This document shows positions 1-19,504 of a stretch of DNA of 64,000 nucleotides, piece by piece; within the stretch, counting starts at the first letter, position 1; the number at the start of each line of letters is the position of its first letter. Under the pieces are notes generated by a model. It did not search any database and was not told where the DNA came from. It saw only the letters and a list, made by a program, of their open reading frames with translations. The DNA comes from the human T2T-CHM13v2.0 reference genome, Homo sapiens: NCBI RefSeq assembly GCF_009914755.1, contig NC_060935.1, one strand, 5' to 3'. The position numbers were made by a program, and so were the translations under genes.

Positions 1-369
1 AATAACAATCCCATCTAATATGGCAGATTATTATATAGGTCTTATAATGTAGTTCAATTTATGTAAACAAGCCTGAAGAATAGATATTTTACAGGCCAGG
101 ATTTATATACAAATTGCATCACCCATAAATGCTACAGCCAGGATTGGAATCAAGGTTTCTGACTTCAATTCAGTGTTCTCTTCATGACATGATACTGACT
201 GAGAGTGACCACTGCACTGTGGCTGTTGAGGGTGAGAAAGCACAGTCATTGTTGACTGGGGGCTCCTGGCAAGCCAACAATGTAAAAATGTTCCAGAAAA
301 ATCCCATCACTCAGGAGTCAACTCTGAACATACACCTGAGAGATGTGTCATTTACTTCATCAAGTGATT

Positions 370-1335
<966 letters not shown>

Positions 1336-1399
1336 TTTGTGTATGTGTGTATTACAATTAACTAATTAAAAGGTAATACATGAAAATGAATAAATGCAG

Positions 1400-5295
<3,896 letters not shown>

Positions 5296-5299
5296 ATAT

Positions 5300-6120
5300 G
5301 CCAGTCTCTTTAAATTTTAGCCAGTCCAGTGAGTGTTCAGCGCTGTTTCATTGTAGGGTGAATTCATGTTTTTCTGCTTAGTAATGATGTTGAATATCTT
5401 TTCATTTTTACATGGGCCACTTGGATAGTTCTTTGCCCATTTTCAAATAAAATGCATTATGTTATTTTTGAGTTATATGAGTATCATATATTTGGGATAC
5501 AAGCACCTTGCCAGATATATTTGGATTGCAAACATTTCATTTCATTTTTTGGGTTACATTTTCATTTTCTTAAGTTATCTTTTGATAAACTTATATATAG
5601 TTTTATGGCAAGTCTAAAGATCTTTGGCTACCCTAAGGTCATGAAGATGTTCTACGTTCTCTTCAAGATGTTTTATAGTTTTAGCCTTTATGTTTAGATG
5701 TACAATCCATTTCAGTTATTTTTTATATGATGTAAGGAAGGCATTGAGATATTTTTTCATTTTTCTGATTCAGATATCCAGTCATCCTAGAACGTGTATT
5801 GAAGGGACTATCTTTTTAACACTGAATTATATTGGTGACTTTTCAAAAATCAATTGACTTTATATGTATGGGTATTTGGGAACTAACTATTCTCTTCCAT
5901 CAATGTATATATCAATCCTTGTGCCAATGCCACAATGTGTTGATTATTGTAACTTTCTAGTAAGGACTTAATGAGATAGTATGAATTCTCCAATTTGATT
6001 TCTCTTTTTTTTCATTTTTTGAAATGAATTTTTTTTCATTTTTTGCTCATTCTGCATACTTCGCTTTTCCACATATATTGCAGAGCAAGTTAGTCAATTC
6101 TTTTTAAAGTACTGTGTTTT
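5300..6120 (-). mobile_element. Old L1M, continuation of the 370-1335 element
   Basis: Resumes with cagtctctttaaattttagcca..., the L1 sequence expected after ttgctccacatcct at ~1310. Confidence 0.6.
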
Positions 6121-6139
6121 TTACTGGTGTTTGTTTCTT

Positions 6140-6890
6140 TAATTTTTTATTGATTTAACTGATACATTACAATTGTGCATATTTATGAAGTACAACTTGA
6201 TGTTTTATATATATATGTGTATATATATGTATATATATACGTATATATACGTATATATATATGTGTATATATATATATGTTATATAATGATCCCATCAGG
6301 GTAGTTAGTATAGCCATCGCCTCATGTATTTTTCATTTCTTTGTGGTGAGAACATTCAAAAGCCTCTCTTCTAGCTGTTTTGTAATATATAATATTTTAC
6401 TGTTAACCATAGTCACCCTGCAATGCACTAAAACACCAGAATGTATTTTTCTTGTCTAATTGTGACTTTATACCTATTGATCAACTTCTCCCCATCCTCG
6501 CCTCCTGCTTCTCCTTGCTAGTCTCTGATAACGACTGTTCTACTGTTTCTGTGATATTGACTTTTAATTTTTTTTTTAGATTCTACATATATGTGAGATC
6601 ATGCAGTATTTGTCATTCTGTGTCTGGCTTATTTCACTTAACCTGCTGCCCTCCAGGTTCATTCATGTAATGCAGTGAAGTGACAGATTTTATTTTTGTG
6701 TGGCTGAATAGTATTCCATTGTGTATAGATAACCACATTTTCTTTATTCATCCATCGTTAGTCACTTAGGTTGGTTTCATATCTTGTCTATTGTGAATAA
6801 TGCTGTAATAAATATGAGAGTGCAGATATCTCTTTGACATGCTGATTTCATTTCCTTTAGATATAGTCAATAATGGGATTCTTGGATCAT
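6140..6890 (-). mobile_element. L1MA-type 3' end with internal (TA)n-rich microsatellite (6207-6283)
   Basis: Antisense L1MA 3'UTR motifs (gtgagaacattcaaa, gtgagatcatgcagtatttgtc, ggctgaatagtattccattgtgtat). Confidence 0.8.
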
Positions 6891-7443
6891 AAAAGTTAGT
6901 ATAGCAGACCTGAGACTACTGTCATTTATAGAGGATTGCTTGCAAGCTTGGCTTTTGGGGGGTGTCTCAGACTCAACTGGTAAACAGTTTCCTAAATTTA
7001 TAAAAAATACTCCTTAACTGAGGAGAGTGGCTTACTGTGCATAGAATGATCACACAAAAATTGTGGTTCATGCTGACACCTGCTTTCCTTCTAGAAATCT
7101 GGAATTTTGGTGCACCTTAGGCAGGAGGTAGCTATGTGACCACTTCCAATTAAAACATTGTCTGCTAAGTCTCAAATGGGATTCCTTAGACAGCAACATC
7201 ATCCACATGGTGCTGCATTTTTGTTGTGGGGGAAGAGTGTGCTCTGTGTGACCCTTCTTGGGAGGGAAAGAGCATAGAGAAGCCTGTATATGGGTTCCTG
7301 CAGCCTCTACCTGTGCCTTTATCCCTTACGATTCAGCAGTAAGTCTTACTCTACCATTGTTAAAAGTCTTGGCCAAGAGTACAACTTTATGCTGAGTCCT
7401 ATGACTATCCGAGGTGTAGGGGTGGTCTTAGGGACTCCTGACA
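6891..7443. mobile_element. LTR, MER21-like
   Basis: Ends ggggtggtcttagggactcctgaca, a terminus I recall for MER21. Composition shifts from the flanking L1. Confidence 0.6.
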
Positions 7444-7459
7444 GATAGTTGGCTTATTC

Positions 7460-7830
7460 TATTCCACTATGTTGTTGCTAGTATATAGAAATACAACTGA
7501 TTTTTTTATGTTGATTTTGCATTTTGTGACTTCACAACATTCACTTCTATTTCTAGCAGTGCTTTGTAAATTCCTTATGTTTCTACATGGGCAATCATGT
7601 GATTGGTGAATAAAGATAATTTTACTTCTTCCTTTCTAATCTGTAATCCCTTTTATTACTGTTTCCTGTCTTATTGCCCTAGTAAGACTTCTGTTGGCTG
7701 AAAGTGGCAAGAGTGTACATTTTTGCCTTGTTTCTTATATAAGGTGGAAAACATTCATCTTCTCATTATTAATTTATAATTGATTTTATCGACTTACTTA
7801 CAAGTTAATGACTTTGCCTTGACTGGATGT
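7460..7830 (-). mobile_element. Old L1M ORF2 fragment
   Basis: gctagtatatagaaatacaactgatttt... parallels 3200-3500. Confidence 0.65.
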
Positions 7831-8698
7831 TTTTCTAAGAAAAGGTTGCTTCAAAACAGGAGATAATAGCAAGGCATATATTGTGCTGGTACCAGGTGAC
7901 CAAGGATTGTAGGAGAAGGCTCTATTGATGAGGATAAAAAGAGATGAAAGGTGGCATTGCAATGTCTAAAAACCTACTTGATACCTTTGCAGATTTTCCT
8001 CTAATTTGCTTTTCTTCTTTTCCCTTATATATCTCTCAGTTCCTAGCCCAATGTCTCACAGAGTTGGTTCTCAAAAAATAAGAATTTGGGCGTACTTGAA
8101 TTGAAACCAATCAGTATAAGGGATTATTTTTAATTTTGTTGGATGCCATAATTATATTTGATAACGTAATATCAAAAGCATTACTTTTAGAGGTATTTTT
8201 GAAATATGTCTAGGGAAAATAGTATATTATTTGGGATTTGTTTTCAAATATTCCAACAAATAACAATAGTAACCAAAATGAGATTGTTACAATATTGGTA
8301 ATTGTAAAAGCTTGGTGCTATTTCTATCATGCTAAAATATATATATATATTTAAAAATCCATCCTCTGTGCTACTGTTTAATGAGAAATGGGTAAATTCT
8401 GGTTTGAGGACTCTTACTTTCTGAGTTCCAAGAAATTGAAAGCATATTTGCCAATTACTTTTATATAACAGTTTATTGAGAACTCGAAAAATAATTGGTA
8501 TTAACGAATCATCAAACAGTCTTTGAAAGTCTGCTTTGGGCCACAGTCACCGCTTAATCACTGTGGTATTCACATCAACATCGGCCTTCTGGTTGCCAAG
8601 TCCAATGGACACTTCTTCCTTACCTTAGTTCAACACTCTGCATCCTTTACAGCCTACCCAATACTTATTGAGGATTTCTGTTCCTTTGCTTGGCCTCT

Positions 8699-9190
8699 GT
8701 TGTACTTAGCTAGTGCTGTGTAAGAAACCACCCCCAAGCTTTGCTGTGTAAACCAATCATTGTATTATGCTCTCAGATACTTTGGGTCAGGGATTTGTGT
8801 TGGACACAGAGGGATCAACCTATCTCTGTTCCATGATGTCTGTGGGCCTCAGTTGGAAAGACCTGAAGGCTAGGGATGAGTTGGCAGCAGGGGGGCTGGA
8901 GTCATCTAGAGGCATCTTCACCCATCTCTGCTAATCCGTCAGCCAGAACACCTACACGTGGCCTCTCCAAGTAGTCTTTGTGCATAGCCTTGCTTGGGCT
9001 TCCTCCTAGCAAGGTGGCTGGGTTTCTAGAACACAGGCAGAAACTACATTGCAGCCCCACCCAGACACAAGAGACACAAGTGGAATGCAAGGGTGCAGGG
9101 TCATATTCTCCACCTCTCAGTGGGAGGACTGTCAAAGTCAGTGTGGTATGGAGACATCATCCAGAGATCTTTGGAAAACACATTCTGTCT
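8699..9190 (-). mobile_element. MaLR LTR (older MLT1 type)
   Basis: gctgtgtaagaaaccaccccca...ggctggagtcatctagaggc...gggcttcctcctagcaaggtggctggg motifs typical of MLT1. Confidence 0.7.
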
Positions 9191-9254
9191 TAGCTTCGTA
9201 ATGCTGCTTTACAGTTCTCCTCCTTTGGAATGTCTTTCTTAACCTTCATTTGGG

Positions 9255-9256
<2 letters not shown>

Positions 9257-9308
<52 letters not shown>
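9257..9308. repeat. (TC)26 microsatellite
   Basis: Perfect dinucleotide run. Confidence 0.97.
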
Positions 9309-9311
<3 letters not shown>

Positions 9312-10854
9312 ACTGCTTAAATGTCAGTAATCTCCAGGGTGGCTCTGATACAGATCCTTTCTTTGTTCACTCTACGCTCCTCTCCTTGTATTTCATTCAA
9401 CCCCGCAGCTATAACTTACACCAATATGTAGCTGCAATAAACATGTAACAAGCAGATCTGTACAGCTCAGTCTTCACTCCTGAGAGCCAAATCCAAATAT
9501 CCACAAGACGTCCCCTTTTGAATATCTTACAGTCACATTAAACTTAGATCATCCAAATGGAATGCAACATGGTGTTTCTTCTGTCTGCCCCTGATAGTCT
9601 TCCTGTTCTGCTTATCACAGAGAATACCACAGCTATCTGCTGGCCCCAAACAGAGACTTGTAAGTTATTTTAGATGCCTTCTTTTTATTCCAGCTATCTT
9701 TTCAATTAATATCCAAGTCCCATCAATTAATTCTTCTAAATTTCCTTTTAATATATTACATTCTGTCCATTTCCACAGCCACTGCCTACCTGAGGCACAT
9801 ATTATCTCTTACTGGAATCATTGTGCTATTTCTCTCATGAATCCATTTGTCTTTAGACTTGGCCTCTGCTTCCTCCTCCATTCTGCTGCTAGAGGGCACT
9901 GTTTATCACAGAGATCTGTTCATGTGACTCTCGCTCCAATCTTGCAGATGATCATCCAAGATTCTCAGGAGTATCCTACAGTCCTTTTGCTTGTCATGTT
10001 TAGATGCCAGCCCACATGTTCGCACTTAATGCTCACCAGAACTTCCACTACTGCACGTTAAATCCCAGGCTCAAACAATTATGTATAAATACTTAAAACC
10101 ATATGTCTTCATGCCTCTGATTTTTTGCACAGGCTATTCCACCTGCCTGGAATCCTTTCCGCCATTGATCTTCCAGGCCTTTGTTTATATTTAGCCTTTA
10201 AAAATCTCAGCTTAAGTGCTACCTCTTCTATTAATATTTCCCTAATAATTCACCTTCTCCACCCACACACATGCCCATACCCACCAAAATTAACACACAC
10301 AAGATCTCTGTAGATTTGTGGACTTAACACTCTGCATTTCCTTTGCATACCTTCCATATAAAGATTCACATCGTGTTATAATAATTGTATCACAGAACTC
10401 TCTGTGGGCTGTCCATCTCTTAATGGTGAGGACTGCCTCAGTAATCATCCATTTATTAATTCATTCAACAAATAATGACCAATAACTCCTACTATATGCC
10501 GGTTACTGTTGTTGAAACAGACCGCCATGGTAAACAGGACTTCATTGATAGTCTGTCTCCAGCTCATGGTACATGTTCAGAACATCAGCGTTGAATTTTT
10601 AAGTCATCTCTGGACTATCATTGGTGCTCAGTAATTGTTGTTAAACAGTTGATGAGAGAAAATTCCCCTTGATGGATCTCAACCGAGGTCATCAGAGAAA
10701 TCCTTCTGTACATATAGGGCAGGGATTGTGATTTACTAGTTTGCCTAATGCCAGAAAATAAATTTGAGGTTTGCTAGCAAAGTTCCTTGGATTTATCTTG
10801 AAGGCTGTGTTGACATCAGTATCCCCCACCCGAAATAGTAATGTAACATGGTGA

Positions 10855-11325
<471 letters not shown>

Positions 11326-13497
11326 TGAATTGTAGGGATAGCTTTCATTTGTTTGTGGTTCTGTAAACCCCACCCCAGATTTCAAAGCCACCTATAGCTA
11401 GCTGTTCCTCAGATTCAACAGTCATTGCCCACAGGGCAGTCATTGGCTAAGAAACCTCTGGAGGAAAATCACACTTGAGGCAAATAACATTCTCTCACTA
11501 TTAGCAGCTTTGATCTTTTTTAAAACCTCATTTTCTTTTTCCAGCCCCCATTGCATTGTAGACATTTTTATAATGAGCATAAATGTTCATTTAATTTTAT
11601 TTGGCATATGCTGCTTTGAAAGTGCCACATCAACATGGAGCATCACTCCTTCAGTAACTAAATTCTTCTAACAGCTTTAAAGGAATGACCTTGGGTGTGA
11701 CCAGTGGTTCTTCAGAGCATGGCTGCGTTTTGATTAGCTAAATTTTCTGTTAGCCCAGTGAGTCCACACACCAATTAGTGGAGCATAATCACAAGCCTGA
11801 AGGTTTCAGGAGTTTTCTCACAGGGAAGTAACATTGATACTTTTCTTAATATATTATTATTTTTAAGTAAATATCTGACAGTGTCTAGGTAATCAATTCT
11901 GTGCCCACAAAAGCTCAGTGTGCCTCCGAAAGAGTTCAATATATACAAGTATATGCATATACGTATATGTTTTTCACAATTCAGATGCAAATACACAGAA
12001 ACATTTGTTCATCTTCAAATCATTTTAATAGATGATTGGGTTCCTTGTCCACCCACTGCCCAATGACTGTGGGAGAACCTTCTTTCATTTACAGAACCCC
12101 AGTCTGTAAGAATAGATATCTAAAAATACAGAAGTCTGATGCCCAGAAATTGTCCTTGAAGCTTGATTCCAAAGCACAATATGTGCAGCCCAAAGCATGA
12201 CCAGACAGTAAGCTTTCACATCATACATGGGTCAAGCACAGACATATTCTTCTTTTAGATTTGGAATAAGGGTTAATTGCATCATCTAGGAAGCGTTCAG
12301 GAATATAGCCTTGTGAATTCTCACAGTTATGAGTACTATCAAAAATTGACTTCACACATGATAAAAAGAACAAGAAATCTTGGAATGCTTTCAATCTCAA
12401 AAAAAGTATTGTGATATTAATAACATAGATAAAATTTATTTTTATTAATTTCTGCTTCCAAACTTTCAACCTGTGAGCTTTAAGCCCACATCTTATCATA
12501 TTGTTATGTTTCATTGCCAAAAGCAACTACGTATTGATATTTCAGAAATGCTGCCAGGCCTTTATGTAACTAGTTGCTATTTTACCTCAAAAAATAAATA
12601 ATGCTTCCTGTTTTTACTTTTACTTATCTGGAATAAGTAGCTATTGACATCTGCTGAAGTCAGTATAAAGATTTATTTACCTGAGTGTAGATATTGACCA
12701 ATAGGGAGCCTGGCTCAATGTTTACATTGAAGGACAATAAATTGCCGTATTGACTGGGCTGAGACATCAATATTTGCATTGTTGTAAACATTTTTAAAAA
12801 TCTTCATGAAATATTCCTCAGAAATTCTCTTGTCACCAGAGCAGCTGAGCTAGAGCTCTTTAGGGAATAGCTTGTGTCTGGAAGCCAGTGGGTAACTTGA
12901 AATAGCTATAAATTGTTCTGGTTTCCAAGTTTACACAAAGACACATTTTTTATTGTGATGTATAATGCTGATCATTAGGAGCTTTCAGATGACAGTCCCA
13001 GCCCCCTCCTCAAATAGCAGATTTTTGTCTACAACAACTCTGAACAGAAATACGCTCCCCGAGTAGCTTGTGTCTTGAAAAGCTCATGTTTTCCAAAAAA
13101 TATCTCATTGCCCAAACAGTGAAACATCATTAATTCCAACCAGATTAATTAATTAAAAATGTGGGATGTTTCAACTCAGTTGGAATAAGTTTTTCCTTTG
13201 TGTCAAGAGTAGAAAGAGGAAGATGATTTAGAAAACATTAGGACAGGTAAAGTGATAAATTGAATATTTAGCCTGTTTAAGAGAGAAACATAATCTACAC
13301 AAAATCTTCTTACAATCTATGAATGCCTATTAATAGGCATTAACTTAACTTCTTAACTCCAAGTGATATGTGTGTTTATATAATATATGCCATTTTAATT
13401 AAGCTTTGTAATAGATACAGGTTAAACAACTTTATCAACATGTGTTCATATAATTTAATGTACTTGGAAGAAATGAAACGGGAAATTCCTTTATTCC

Positions 13498-13801
<304 letters not shown>

Positions 13802-14717
13802 AACAGGGGCAATTTCTGTCATATGGTGTAAAAGCTAAACATCTGGCAAATTCTTAATTTTTTCCAAGTTGGTAAAATCATAACCTACTTTAGCCAGCCC
13901 AATAGTTCTAAGGGAGTGGCTCAAGATAATTAGCACCACCTCTTGGAGAAGCACAGATTCATTGTTCTAGTGCAGGGTTTGGTGCCTCATCGTCTTTGTC
14001 AAGTAAGACAATTAGGACAGCGATCAGAGATCAAGGAGCTCGGGATGATGTGCAAAATGTGATGCCTATTTATGCTTGAATAACAATTTGGATGAAAAAA
14101 TTGGCATCTTAAAAAAATATTTGCATCATGGTTATATTGCTAAATGATGAATGAAAGAAAAGAAGCATCCAGTTCTCTCTGCAGTTGCTTCCACCTCTAG
14201 GCGGTACTTCATAGCACCCTGTTCTAAGTTAGGCTCAGGGACTGAGAATGCTTTTAGCGAAGAGGGATAGGAGGGGAGGCTAAGATGGGCAAGTCTGAAA
14301 TGTGCCCTCCTGTTCAATGGGGGGCTTTAGAGGGAAAGTGGAAATGTCCTACCAGTAACCGTGTCTGCAGAGGAGACACTAAGCTCTTGCCCAGGCCCCA
14401 TGGGAGTGCCTGTGCTGTCATCACCCCAGGGGCTCTATCTCAGTGATTCCCTCCATCCCGCCCTTTTCCTGGCCTCCTCTCCTCCTCTTGGGCTTCTCCC
14501 TCTCCCTTCCTTCCTCCCTCTGAGGCAATGCCCAGTGCTTGTAGAAAGCCCCACCACTTCCAAAGGACTGTCCCAGCCCCTGGGGCCTCAGCCCCAGGAT
14601 CCCTAGAGGATGATTTTGTGGGGATTAAAATGAAATGAGGTATGGGAAAGAGCTGGCGCACAGCAAACCCTCCAAGGTGAGCCCCCTCCCTATTCTGGGC
14701 TTTCCCCTGGACACCCA

Positions 14718-15211
14718 CTCTACTGGTTGCTAGCGCTGAGGTAACAAAGTACCACAGCCTGGAGGGCTTCAACAACAGCAATGCATTGTCTTACAAATTT
14801 GGAGGCCAGAAGTCTGAGCTAAAACAGTCGGCCTGGTTGATTTCTGGGAGGGCCTCTCTCCTTGGCATGTAGAAGGTCGCCTTCTCCCTGTGTTTTCACA
14901 TGTCTTCCCTCTGCATCTCTGTGTCCTGATCTCTTCTCCTAAGGACACCAGTCCCATTAGATTGGGTCTCCCCCAGTGACCTCAGTTTAACTGCATGACC
15001 TACTTAGGGACCCTGCTTCCAAATGCCCTCACACTGCGATACTGGGACCCTGCTTCCAAATGCCCCCACACTGTGATACTGGGACCCTGCTTCCAAATGC
15101 CCTCACACTGTGATACTGGGACCCTGCTTCCAAATGCCCTCACACTGTGATACTGGCGGTTGGGACTTCAACTTACGGATTTGGGGTGGGAGCATAAATC
15201 AGCCCATAACA
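14718..15211 (-). mobile_element. MaLR LTR (MLT1A-like) containing a minisatellite
   Basis: taacaaagtaccacag...ggaggccagaagtctgag...aaggacaccagtc...cagcccataaca terminus. Confidence 0.8.
15007..15154. repeat. 37-bp x4 tandem repeat (GGGACCCTGCTTCCAAATGCCCTCACACTGTGATACT)
   Basis: Units start at 15007, 15044, 15081 and 15118. Units 1 and 2 each have one substitution. Confidence 0.97.
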
Positions 15212-17138
15212 ACTGGTCAGTCCCTCTCCTCTGCCTCCTCCAACTGTCACATTGTAAACCCCACCTGACTCTTCCCCGACAGTGGCCTTGGGGAGAAGGC
15301 GGGGCCGGCCAGGGTTTCTACTCCTGCCTCATGGAGACCCGCCTCAGATGCCCAGCACTGCGACTGCTGCACAGCCACGAGGCTGAGCCGCTGCGGATGC
15401 ATGCGTGACTTAGGAATGTGTGCTGGTGTGTTTGCCACAGCAACAGGATGAGGAAAGCACAGCTCCAAGAGAGGTGGGAGCTCATCCACCTGGGGAAGCA
15501 TGAGCAGGAGCAGGAAGGGTCACTCTGGGACTGTGCTCATGGGACCCTGAGATGCAGCAGAAAGAGCAGTGTGAGGAGCAAAGTGACGCTGCCTGCAGGT
15601 GCTGTCCACTCAGACCTTCCCAGCCTAGGCTTCCCTGCTACCCACGTCTTCCCACCTGGACTCCCCCTCTCTCAAGGGGCATCCTCAGTAGTGCTCTCTC
15701 AGCCCATCTGCCCCTCAGAGGCCTGGACCCCTGCCTTGCCCTCTGTGGCTTCACATTAACATTGACTGGGAGCCATCCTACCTGGTTCTCATGCCCACCA
15801 GCCTTCCTCTCCACCCTGTGGTCACAGGACTATGGGCAGCCTCTGCTCTGAGCTCCCTTTGTACCTCTCTCTTCTCACCTTTTTGTTGTTGTTAATTGTC
15901 ATGCACATCTTGAAGAAGGAGGAATGAAATGCTCCCAGCTCTGACCAACTCTGTTTTTCTAAGTGTCCTCCTTCGTGGACCTGACTGAGATGGCACTGCT
16001 ACTCTCACTGTCACAGCCACCCCTCGACAGCCTGAGGCACACTCCCTGCTGTTCAGGAGCACCCAGATTGGGGCATCGGTGCACCTGGACTTGCTATGTC
16101 TCGGGCACCACCCATTACACTTATCACTTTTTCTCCATGAGTTATATTCACAGCGGTTCCCCAGGCATCAAATTGGCAATATGAGTTTAGCTCTTAGGAC
16201 CAAAGGACACACAAGAGATCATTTATTCTTTGCATCACTCCCCTTTTCTCAGGTAGGACATGAATCTTCCCCGACTCTGCTCTGGCCATATTTACTGCCA
16301 GTCGCTGTCCCTTAGACTGTCTGCCTCTCCTAGCCTTGACAGATGAGTCTCACTCCACCAGGATCTTTACAATTCAAGGCACAGTCCAGCCTCTTGTAGA
16401 TGGGAATCTTGCTAATGTAGCCACTCTAGCTTATCCTGGCTGCATCATGAGAAAAATGGAGTTCAGCTCAGGACTGGCTTCCTCGGTTTGCAGAGTCAGT
16501 GGGCACCTGCAAACTAAGAGCTTCCATCTGCAAGGAAGACCTATCACCCCAAGCACTTGGCTTGGCTGCTGGCTGACATTTGATCATCAGTACCTTTAGT
16601 TTGAGTCTCTGGTTTCTGTGAAATAATAACTTCTAATATCCACACAGTGGAGTACAATTTACAGAATGCATCCATATATTTAAAATATTTAAACTGATCT
16701 ATAAACTTCACAGTCGATATTATATCCCCCTCATTTTATCAGGAACATAAAATAAGAGACTCATTCAAGCTAAAACATAAACGAGTCTGGCCTATGGAAG
16801 TGCAGGCTATTTCTGTCTGTTACAGCAGGCTGCCACTCTGCACTTCATCTCAGGAGAACAGTTTAAAAATAGTAGTTCTTTTCAAATGGGATTGTGTTTC
16901 TGGCCCTTTCTTGGAAGAGGACCTGAATGAAGGATTGAAAGATTCAAAGGAAGGAGATTTAGGAGTAACACAGAAGCACCATTTAGGTAAATGCTAGAGA
17001 AGAACACGATATTACACATACTTTGCCTGTCCGCCCCCCCCACCCAAACACACACAGCCTCAATGCGCAACTTTGGCCCACTTATTTTTGCCTCACCACT
17101 CTGTTGTTGCTACTAGAATTTTTGATACTTCTGATACT

Positions 17139-17290
17139 CAATGGTTTTCAACTGGGCACCATCTCTGGGGGATATTCGAATATGCATGAGCCCACCAGAA
17201 TGACCGCATGGCTCTACTGGCCCCCTGTGGGGAGGGGCCAGGAATGCTGAACATCACTGTGGCTAGAGCAGGGCACAGTGTTGAATCCAC
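17139..17290. mobile_element. MER20-like hAT DNA transposon remnant
   Basis: caatggttttcaac start and ctactggc...ggggccaggaatgctgaacatc motif. Confidence 0.5.
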
Positions 17291-19040
17291 CTGACCACCA
17301 TGACAATGGTGTATCCAATGAGAAAACAAACTAGGGAGATGCATCAGACTTAGGAAGCTCCGCCATCTGTTCGCAGGATCCCTGAGAACCCTGGCTATTC
17401 TACCTTTCCTGCACTTCTGCCTATTGATCCTTCTTTGAAGATGCTTTTCTTCTTTGGTGCCTATGTCCTTCTCACTCTTGAAATGACTCAACTACAGAAA
17501 ATCCTTTCCCTGGTACATGAACAAGGGCTTTCTCCTTTAAATTCCTCCTTAGTGTGTATTTATTCTTCAAAATATTTTCTAGACCATTTGAGACCCCTCA
17601 GGCTGTCGATGGCAGAGAATGTGCTGTCTGATGCTCATCCATCATCCTCCCTTGTCAGATCTGTCTAACCAGTCCTTAGGCCCTTTAGGCAAGGCCAGTT
17701 TCAGTCCTGGTGGGTGTAAAGCTGAGTAATTTTCTCAGGCACACATAATGGTGAAATAATGATGATCATAGTCAGAATTATGATTTTGGTAAGTGGAGTA
17801 TGCTGTGTTTTCCAAACGCTTATTTTTCATTATGTATAGAATGAATAATGGAAGACACATTGAGCTCAGGACCCGGATGTTCTGTCTGCGTACGTTTCCT
17901 TCTAATAACTTGAGAGAAGCATTCTTTTATCCAGCTCATGTCATGCATGTCAGGCTGGGTGTGCATGTGACTGAGCAGAGGACCCTAGAGCTGCATATGT
18001 GTCATGCCACCTGAGGTTTAAGTTATATAAATTCTTGGGGGAAAAGATCTGGTTTATATTTAAAAAATGCTTAAAAGGCTGGAGAAAAGGATCAGAGAGA
18101 CTGAACAGCCTCTAAAAAATACAATTTCAGGGAGTCAAGTACAAATGAATCAGGGACTTTTGACTCTGCATGTTTCCCAATATAAAACATCTGAAAAATG
18201 GATTTAAACTAGAAATAAATGACCAGATCTAAGGATTCTGATAGAGAAAGAAAAAATGTGCTAACATGCATGTGTGAGCATGCATGTGAATGTGTCTCTA
18301 ATAAGCTTACATTGCATGAGCTTACAATTTTGGGTCGGTATGCATGTCCAAATGCAGGATATGGGTACACATGAAAAGCAGGAAAAACATAGTGTGCTGA
18401 GGATTTGTTTGGTGTATATGTGTCTATTTTGAAGAATATGGAAGAATAATTGAGGCTACTCATTTAATAAACATTTATGTGGTTCAAGGGTATGATATAC
18501 ATTGTCCCTAGAGACAAAAATTAGTAAAATTTCAGTTTCTTTATATGCTTTGTGAAAAATAATCTCCTTTTACAAAACTCTTTAGTATTGTGTGCAGCGC
18601 ACAGAGCCTAGTGTCAGTGTTTCTCTGGGGATTGAAGCAGACAGTTCTGCCAACCAGCATGGATGGGGGAATAGCCTGGGCAGGATGCAAGCCACATCGT
18701 GCAGAATATGATTCTTAGTGGAATAGAAAGCCAAGTGCCATGGAAGCCAAGACACGTGCAGGCTTACCAAGATGCCCCAAGCCATTGGAGAGAATATGGA
18801 GTTTCTCAGTGCACAGAAGATTCAGAAGATTTACTTAAACTTAAAGGGCAAGTAGACCTTAAGAAGCTGTAAAACTTGAGGACATCCAAGATTCTGACAT
18901 ATGAAATATAATTTCTTTGGCACCTATGGTATACCATACACTCTTAGCTACTAAACTTAGCTACTTTTTGAATGCATGTTTCTGTGCCTGTATGTTTTAA
19001 TGCATACATCAATTCATGTATAGAACACCACTTGAACTGA

Positions 19041-19504
<464 letters not shown>

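Larger units (their letters stand above)
8520..10440 (+). mobile_element. L2 remnants, interrupted by an MLT1 LTR and (TC)n
   Basis: Pyrimidine-rich L2-like motifs (ggttgccaagtccaatggacac, ttttgcacaggctattcc). Boundaries approximate. Confidence 0.5.

Noticed and set aside
15007-15154. CRISPR-like array (37-bp repeats)
   Set aside because: The units are head-to-tail with no spacers, in a eukaryotic LTR; this is a minisatellite.
15240-16600. GC-richer unique stretch with many short ORFs (possible processed pseudogene)
   Set aside because: No recognisable protein, poly(A) tail or TSD. A tblastx search would be needed to exclude it.
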